A stretch of DNA of 23,067 bases from Candidatus Heimdallarchaeota archaeon (GTDB lineage: Archaea; Asgardarchaeota; Heimdallarchaeia; Hodarchaeales; Hodarchaeaceae). Within the stretch, counting starts at the first letter, position 1. The number at the start of each line of letters is the position of its first letter. The stretch covers positions 1 to 23,067 of the forward strand of contig DXJL01000175.1 in NCBI GenBank assembly GCA_019057635.1, written 5' to 3'. This document shows positions 17,401-23,067 of the stretch, piece by piece. The notes beneath the pieces are model-generated. The model saw only the letters and a program-made list of their open reading frames with translations. It did no database searches and was not told where the DNA came from. Position numbers and translations under genes: made by a program.

Positions 17401-20400
17401 GCACAATTTTGTTTGAAATCATTGTTACTGACACCGCGGGTAACTCTTACACTTCAAGCAAACATCAAGGTGAAGTGAACATAGTACCTATTGCCTCTAA
17501 CTTGACTCTCTCCCCTGATCCTCTTCATAGTAGCAATACGTTGTCCTTGAATTATGATTTTTATGACCAGGATGGCGATAGTGAAGAAGGTACTGAAATT
17601 CGATGGTACAAAAACTCCGTTTTAGAACCAGTATATAATGATTTGAAGCAATTTCCTGCTTATGCATTGATCAAAGGTGATAGTTGGTGTGCTTCAGTAC
17701 AGCCAAAGGATGGTAAAAATTATGGTGAACTAATCTGGTCTCTAAACATCACTGTGTGTAATTCAGCCCCAGAAATTTCAAACGATAATATTGCCCCTAA
17801 CAATCCAACCACTGATTCGATCTTGTCCACTATCTATTCTTATTATGATTATGACAACGATGACGAAAACACAATCAATCGACAGATAAGATGGTATAAA
17901 AATGGACAACTGGTAGTTCTTATCAACGATCAGATTTCTGTCCCACCTGAAGAGACCACTAAAGGAGAAACATGGTTTTTTGAGATGTGTGTTCACGATG
18001 GTACTAATTACTCCAATTGGGTAACATCAGCTATTGTGACAATAACTAATGCTGCCCCCTTAGCAGGTGGTCTTGATTTAGCTCCCAACAATCCGAAAAC
18101 TAATCAAGATCTTATAGCGAGTTACATCCTCGTTGATCCTGATGGAGATCAAGAAAATGGGACTACCATTCTGTGGTACAAAAATGGGATAGAACAACCT
18201 GCGTATGAAAATCAGCTCATTATCCCCGCCTCAGCCACAAATAGGGGAGAGAATTGGTACTTTACAGTTTTACCCAGCGACGGAATTGACTATGGTAGTC
18301 TTAAAACTTCTCCAATGATCAATACAGCGAACACGGCACCATCAGCCAGTGATTTGAGCATAATGCCTAATGAGCCGAAGACTGGAGATGAATTAATAGT
18401 AATGTACAGCTATAGTGATGCTGATTCGGATCCCGAAAGTGGAACCGAGATCTTATGGTACAAGGATGGAGTACTGCAAGGAATGTTGAACGGTTCGAGA
18501 ACTGTTCCAACTAGTTATACTGCCAAAGGACAAGTTTGGCATTACAAAGTTCACCCAAAGGATGGAATAGACTGCGGTAGTTGGGTCAGTCTTTCGATCA
18601 ACGTCACTATTGGTAACACTATACCTGAAGTTGTTTGTACTTCTCTATTTCCAGAAGGATCTGCTTATACAAACGACACCTTAGTTGCAATCTTCGAGGG
18701 TAACGATACTGCCGACAACGACTCACTTGTTGCTTATCATATTGTGTGGAAAAAAGATAATATCGAGGTCCCTTCCTTGGAAAACAGTACAACTGTACTT
18801 CCAATATATACCTCAAAAGGAGAAGTTTGGATTTTTGAAGTAAGAGTGTTTGATGGTTCTGATTGGTCAGAAAATAAGTGGGCAGGAACAGAGATTCGAA
18901 ATTCTAAGCCATACATACAGAATGTGGATATAAGTGGGGGAAGTACCACTAGTGATGATTTTGTTATTTTTTATGAATTTGTTGACATTGATGGAGACGA
19001 AGACGAAACGGAAATATCCTGGAATATACTTCATTTGGGTACTTGGAATATATCATCAACGGTGTTATTGCCTAATTCTCTTTTTACTGCTGGTGATTAT
19101 ATCTATTGTAGGATAATACCTCATGATGGAGATGAACCTGGTGAATCAGTTTTGGAACCTCAATCAGGGTACTTCATTGTGGGTAATACTCCCCCAGAAC
19201 TAGTAGCTCCACCAAATATTCTAGGTGCTAATAATTGCACATTCTATCCCCCAGGAACCCCCCTCTATGTGAATTATTCAGCAAAAGATATTGATGGTGA
19301 GGAAAGTTTAGATATATTTGATATTGAGGTTGAGAATGGCTTAGTCGTTCATGCTCAATATCGATGGTATAGAAATGGCATGCTGGTAGATGAATTACAA
19401 AATCATTATGTTGAGGCTAGATATGTCACGAAAGGGGATGTTTGGATAGTAAGTGTATGCCCACGAGACCGACAACTTGATCATGGTAGTTGGGTCAACT
19501 CATCCGCTATTATAATAGGAAACGGTTGCCCCATGGCAACTAACCTTAAATTTATAGGTAATGATGATCATCCGCAATTTTTTGTAGAAGATCAAGAAAT
19601 TAAAATCAACTATACTTTTGTAGTAGGTGTTTCATATCGAAAAAACGATTTATCGATGTTAAGATGGTACGTTAATGGAGTTTATCAATTCGAATATGAT
19701 GGTCGGAAGTTAATTACTGCTAACAAGACCCATACAGGTGAAATTTGGACTATTGAAGTCTATCCCTTTGATGGAATTGAAGATGGGACAAAAGTTAACA
19801 TATCAGTTATAATTGAGAGTAAACCAACCATTAATGACTTTAGAAGTGATACTGATAGAGAAGGGTATTACGAACTCAGGGTCAATGCTAGTGATGTTCG
19901 TAATACGATCTCCGAAGTCTGTTTTGAAATCATCCTTGAAGGGACTGATGAACAGACCAAGGAACGTTATAAACCCCCTTGGAAAGTTGAATTTCCCCTG
20001 TCAGAAGAAGATTTTGCTTCGTTCATCAATACAACAGTCATTGTGAAGATTACAGCTGTTTCTACAACACAAAGTTATGAAAACATTTCTTACAAAATTG
20101 ATTGCATCAAATACTTTAACTTTACAATCAAAGATGAGACTCCTCCGAGGGTGAAAGATACTGATATTAAGAATCTTGAACAAAATCCCACCTCCATCAA
20201 CTTCTACGCAGAAATACAAGAATTTGGTTCAGGTGTAGAAGAAGTTATCTTATATTACTACTTTAAAGCTGTTAATATGACCGAGGATGAGCGAGTAGGG
20301 TTTGGAGCTTCATTGAGAGATGATAAAGAGCAAAAATGGCGCATAGTTGAAATGTTGTACGATCATGTTGAAAACACAAATGGAGAAACGATTCAAATTT

Positions 20401-21404
20401 ATGACATCACTATTCCATTTATGCAGAATAGAACTAATTGGAAAATAATCTATAGAATCAAGACTGTGGATAAGAATGGGAATGAGAAATATTATGATTA
20501 TAGTGAATTCAATGAGATAAAAATCAATTATAACAGTGGAGAACTTATCATTAACCTTGATCCTGCGTTAATCACCATTTTTACCTTGTTAATTGGTTTT
20601 AGCGCTGTAGTTGTACTAATACATCGTTATCACAGCAGATCTCAAGCGATTCAACTAGGTATTATTCAAAAATACAATGCTATGAAGTCTATTCGTGTGA
20701 TTTTTTGTCGCACCAGTTTTGGGGTTCAATTCTACAATGAACAGCCTTTCCACGACATTAAGGCTGATATTGATATCCTGTCGGGACTGTCAGCAGCTTT
20801 TTCAGACTTCATGAAAGACATGACTTCTGGAATGATGGCACGCTCAGAACAAGAGGTAATATGTGAACAAAAAACCGAATTTGAAGTCCTAAGCAGTAAA
20901 GACCTCAGTGTACTTGTCTGGAATGGCATATATTCAAGTGTTGCTATCATTTCGGAGAAAGTTCTTCCCAAAATTTTCCATACTTACATACGTCATATTG
21001 GGCAAGAAATAGAAGACAATTTCGCTGATAAATTAGAAAATTACATTTCTCCAAATCAGATACCTGTAGACAAAGTGAGAAGAATCATTCGCAAGCATCT
21101 CCCTCTTTATTACTGTTCACCCCTGGCGTTGAATGGGGGGGTTAGGAGGATGAATAGCAATATGCTATCTAGAAAAGAACAAAACATGTGGAATATAATA
21201 AATCAAAAGATTTTCTCTAAATCTAACATTGGATATTCCTTCCCAGAGGCAATTGTAAGTGAGCTGGGCTCAAGTTTTAAGCGAATTGAGGCTATTAAAT
21301 TCCTAAAAAAAGCAGTTAAGCTCAATCTCCTGGTGGAACTTTCTCTACCACATTCAGTAGACTCCTCGAATCAACCAATCATCGCAGAGAGAATAGAAGA
21401 GTAG
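14460..21404 (+). CDS. Giant single-pass surface protein: signal peptide, DUF2341, LamG/ConA, 4 lectin-like repeats, Ig/cadherin-like repeats, TM helix, cytoplasmic longin-like and wH-like tail
   Basis: Hydrophobic N-terminus. DUF2341 motifs (YRKNLTI, DFPVLI, DGDDIRF, AWVRIP, MYYGN). LamG motifs (TISGWF, WYYFTCV, KIYING, FNGLIDEVRIS). DxDGD...WYKNG repeats. TM at ~20571-20621. Many N-x-S/T sequons. ATG 14460 preferred over TTG 14454. Confidence 0.88.
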   Translation: MFPRTVSCLILAVFIININLLAIQIQDDEFSDLKEELQVISRLMNNITMLNKLNGNVENIWNKYPSFLTGVTNDPNDNSKDFQNFSVKSSVKLGGSWGDTSYRYRKNLTINSMKVTADLQDFPVLIDLYDSDLHLDVRADGDDIRFTDTAGMKLDHELEYFNQTYNSTHAHLIAWVRIPSLSSTINTIISMYYGNDNIGSQENPTGVWDSNYLTVLHFNEAMIDESSGATHYDSTMNNIHGTQNGNDDFAGKICDGQNFDGANDKINIPPNSSLNPSTDVTISGWFKLNNGHLSSSSTSLLLLEKFTSNDQDMAIILTGTDYNQGEDGALVFKIKNGDVMYKWTETRTWSASVWYYFTCVLDANNLANNKIYINGLDDTDSTDWSYGNNTNLSWNADWNIGGGNVDTGQLGNGEAWFNGLIDEVRISSISRSISWILTEYNNQYDSESFYSIRSEEEYFGGSTTGFRTYHGSFQFLSGTESIHDIGGTVDPSQAFLIVYYSGNTSASHPREHQVSGYISSPTQIKFDRVVEDPNVYVSWWIVESPEIYVQRGSISIESGQISNTVSVSMVDPSRSLVIGHSRVNDSSATQQDTKDGFVTVELKDSTTVIAERAGSATGTDAIIRFQIIEWPSKYAIYSGEVVVTSTALVTDLIATSGNPSDPVINMSSSWVYFTYDCTDNGLQQTSIFGQITDTNEVTFGRYDNSSFANRIRWYVVEHPPEKGVNVQRGAYNWDPPNSGTNTLTNDIPYQVDPDRTLIIRSSSTRGTGLSFPLQKNLPRLISGSQWTRTQYHGTTNNDDQHEECWQIISLPPPDNMPPVIHDFGVDDPGNGFSQFWVNVSDSKSNVEMVVLSLNETLNNMTLNETGLWIYQPSSINFNDFFSYQIYNTTDSSGNYLTEGSTVKNITFNYDTVFPNVLDWEYYSYIGSFGTFYANVTDSWGEIDSVLVNVTQCAGIARNDLTATMRPTISGYINDTLQMNTGTILFEIIVTDTAGNSYTSSKHQGEVNIVPIASNLTLSPDPLHSSNTLSLNYDFYDQDGDSEEGTEIRWYKNSVLEPVYNDLKQFPAYALIKGDSWCASVQPKDGKNYGELIWSLNITVCNSAPEISNDNIAPNNPTTDSILSTIYSYYDYDNDDENTINRQIRWYKNGQLVVLINDQISVPPEETTKGETWFFEMCVHDGTNYSNWVTSAIVTITNAAPLAGGLDLAPNNPKTNQDLIASYILVDPDGDQENGTTILWYKNGIEQPAYENQLIIPASATNRGENWYFTVLPSDGIDYGSLKTSPMINTANTAPSASDLSIMPNEPKTGDELIVMYSYSDADSDPESGTEILWYKDGVLQGMLNGSRTVPTSYTAKGQVWHYKVHPKDGIDCGSWVSLSINVTIGNTIPEVVCTSLFPEGSAYTNDTLVAIFEGNDTADNDSLVAYHIVWKKDNIEVPSLENSTTVLPIYTSKGEVWIFEVRVFDGSDWSENKWAGTEIRNSKPYIQNVDISGGSTTSDDFVIFYEFVDIDGDEDETEISWNILHLGTWNISSTVLLPNSLFTAGDYIYCRIIPHDGDEPGESVLEPQSGYFIVGNTPPELVAPPNILGANNCTFYPPGTPLYVNYSAKDIDGEESLDIFDIEVENGLVVHAQYRWYRNGMLVDELQNHYVEARYVTKGDVWIVSVCPRDRQLDHGSWVNSSAIIIGNGCPMATNLKFIGNDDHPQFFVEDQEIKINYTFVVGVSYRKNDLSMLRWYVNGVYQFEYDGRKLITANKTHTGEIWTIEVYPFDGIEDGTKVNISVIIESKPTINDFRSDTDREGYYELRVNASDVRNTISEVCFEIILEGTDEQTKERYKPPWKVEFPLSEEDFASFINTTVIVKITAVSTTQSYENISYKIDCIKYFNFTIKDETPPRVKDTDIKNLEQNPTSINFYAEIQEFGSGVEEVILYYYFKAVNMTEDERVGFGASLRDDKEQKWRIVEMLYDHVENTNGETIQIYDITIPFMQNRTNWKIIYRIKTVDKNGNEKYYDYSEFNEIKINYNSGELIINLDPALITIFTLLIGFSAVVVLIHRYHSRSQAIQLGIIQKYNAMKSIRVIFCRTSFGVQFYNEQPFHDIKADIDILSGLSAAFSDFMKDMTSGMMARSEQEVICEQKTEFEVLSSKDLSVLVWNGIYSSVAIISEKVLPKIFHTYIRHIGQEIEDNFADKLENYISPNQIPVDKVRRIIRKHLPLYYCSPLALNGGVRRMNSNMLSRKEQNMWNIINQKIFSKSNIGYSFPEAIVSELGSSFKRIEAIKFLKKAVKLNLLVELSLPHSVDSSNQPIIAERIEE
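15855..16890 (+). repeat. Four ~85-95-aa beta-rich repeats (H-type lectin / tail-fibre-like)
   Basis: Units begin TYHGS / VQRGS / IYSGE / VQRGA, contain VDPS-like motifs, and end WWIVESP / FQIIEWP / WYVVEHP / WQIISLP. Confidence 0.7.
17480..19815 (+). repeat. Eight ~95-110-aa Ig/cadherin-like repeats
   Basis: Consensus NxxP...P..P.T.D.L...Y.Y.DxDGD.E....WYKNG...TxKGExW...V.PxDG, starting near 17480, 17760, 18048, 18330, 18615, 18900, 19185 and 19521. Confidence 0.85.
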
Positions 21405-21429
21405 ATTATAACTAAAAGAAGGCAAACAA

Positions 21430-23025
21430 ATGAAACAAAATAATAAAATAGATACACGAAAAATCATGATCCTAGTGTTCTTATTTTCAATGACATTACT
21501 AACTTGGCTACCCCTTGTTGTGGTTCATGCCCAAACAACGGGACATAATTATTATCAGCCATTTAATACTAAAAATGATTGGATTGATACCCATGGCGAA
21601 ACAACTGCCGCTTCAGGATTATTATTTGCTAATATTATTTGGAATGGTCTTGCTAGAACATATCATAATTTTGATTTAGCTTATGATAGTATTGACTTTG
21701 CTTGTGCCCCTATTTGCTATAAACAAGATAATCTTGGCCATTTAAGATTAATTCTCTTTGATACATTAGATGCAAAAGGAACAGAAGTTTTTAAACTTGA
21801 ATGGTCAGGTCAAAATACGACTGAAGGTCGAATTAAGTTTTGGCACAATGGATCTTTAGTTTATAATAGTGAATGGCTCGATTCATATAAAGATTGGAAT
21901 GGGGAATTTAGAATTACCAGGAAGGGTTCCTCTGCAAATCTATACATCGATGGTTATCAAAAATGGTCAACTAACGATACAGTAGATAATTCAATTCTTA
22001 GTGCAGCTATTGAATTTACAAAGATTAATCTATTGGTAGATCTAATTGATATCTGCATTCCAAGATCAGCTCAAGTATTGGAAAGCTCCTTAGTAACCCA
22101 AAATGACAATATGATATCATCATATTTCAAATTCGAAATTAATATATCAGAGATGTACAAATTTAAAGTAGAATATCGAGTTCATCAAGACAATTGGACT
22201 GAATGGTATGTAGTGAGTAATGAACAGATATATTATGATCAAGGAACGAATTATCAAATAGAGGGAGAAATATGTTCTGTTGATCCACTAGATACAAAAG
22301 TACAAGTAAGATGGTCCATTTATTCCAAAGGGGGACATATTTTAATCGATTCACTCACATCAACAGAAAATAACATATCTCATGTGAAAATAATGGATAA
22401 TTCATATCTTTCCTGGAAAGCAGATAAATGCACCTCTCATTTGTGGTTCTACGTTAATATATCATATGAATATTATTTAATGGTTCAATGCCGCATAAAA
22501 TCAGAAGGAGGAGGTTGGGGAAACTGGACTCTACTTCGATGGACAGGTAATAATTACAGTAGTGAAGGTACTGGAATCTATTATGTAATTGACACTTTTT
22601 ATATTGAAGATGATGACACTATGGAGGTGAATTGGTCAATTCATATGAATAATAAAACTACGGTGTTAGATACGCGTACAGAGCAGATTAACGTGAATTT
22701 TCCAGAAGTCTCACCCTCTTCATATGTGGATAAGCAGTGGTATGGACGATGGATTTATATAGCCTACTCAAGAATGCATTTTGATATTAACACAGCGAAC
22801 ATCTACACATTCATAGTGGATTGGCGATGGAAAGAAAGGGGCCAAGGATGGACAAGCTGGGCAGTATTTGCTATCATGAATAGTTACTATGATGTTGGAT
22901 CTCGATATTTGTATGTGTCTCTATTGGGTTATTTTTTGCGAACCGAAGACGTGCAGTGCCGATGGTCTATCTATGATGCTAACGGCGCTTTTTTGTTTAG
23001 CCGTTATCCCGTATCATCATTCTAA
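21430..23025 (+). CDS. Secreted protein with a ConA-like N-domain and three C-terminal Trp-rich repeats
   Basis: Signal peptide (basic n-region, hydrophobic core, VHA|Q). FRITRKGSSANLYIDG is ConA-like. Three repeats end in VQVRWSIY / MEVNWSIH / VQCRWSIY. Starts 25 bp after the giant gene. Confidence 0.8.
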   Translation: MKQNNKIDTRKIMILVFLFSMTLLTWLPLVVVHAQTTGHNYYQPFNTKNDWIDTHGETTAASGLLFANIIWNGLARTYHNFDLAYDSIDFACAPICYKQDNLGHLRLILFDTLDAKGTEVFKLEWSGQNTTEGRIKFWHNGSLVYNSEWLDSYKDWNGEFRITRKGSSANLYIDGYQKWSTNDTVDNSILSAAIEFTKINLLVDLIDICIPRSAQVLESSLVTQNDNMISSYFKFEINISEMYKFKVEYRVHQDNWTEWYVVSNEQIYYDQGTNYQIEGEICSVDPLDTKVQVRWSIYSKGGHILIDSLTSTENNISHVKIMDNSYLSWKADKCTSHLWFYVNISYEYYLMVQCRIKSEGGGWGNWTLLRWTGNNYSSEGTGIYYVIDTFYIEDDDTMEVNWSIHMNNKTTVLDTRTEQINVNFPEVSPSSYVDKQWYGRWIYIAYSRMHFDINTANIYTFIVDWRWKERGQGWTSWAVFAIMNSYYDVGSRYLYVSLLGYFLRTEDVQCRWSIYDANGAFLFSRYPVSSF

Positions 23026-23067
23026 AAGGAATTAGAAATAGGAAAAGGTCGTATAAATTGAAATCAC

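Noticed and set aside
16413-20971. Short antisense or out-of-frame ORFs inside the giant gene (and similar ones at 2477, 2844, 3636, 9468, 9616, 11402, 11872, 12409 and 22163)
   Set aside because: They are shadows of well-supported genes and have no motifs of their own.

Overview
AT-rich prokaryotic DNA that most likely comes from an Asgard archaeon. This is inferred from a longin-like/Arf-type small GTPase fusion, a DUF2341-LamG surface protein with a longin-like cytoplasmic tail, and archaeal-type TATA and oligo-T signals. The left 13 kb is a mostly minus-strand run of genes: a truncated MFS-like gene, a macrodomain protein, a coiled-coil/wHTH protein, a PaaI thioesterase, a glutaredoxin + ferredoxin:thioredoxin reductase + RdhA/QueG-like Fe-S cluster, three phosphatases (LMW-PTP, HAD, DUF89), a GAF histidine kinase, the GTPase and an acyl-CoA dehydrogenase. 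The right 8.6 kb encodes a 2.3-kaa single-pass, receptor-like adhesin and a secreted repeat protein. The clearest hidden feature is a ~460-bp non-coding IS607/TnpB-type miniature element (789-1250). It keeps phased transposase-binding repeats and a TnpB omegaRNA-like right end. It sits in the 3' end of the macrodomain gene, where it replaces the C-terminus, and is flanked by an atypical 12-bp duplication. All calls come from motif recognition by eye; no database searches were run.
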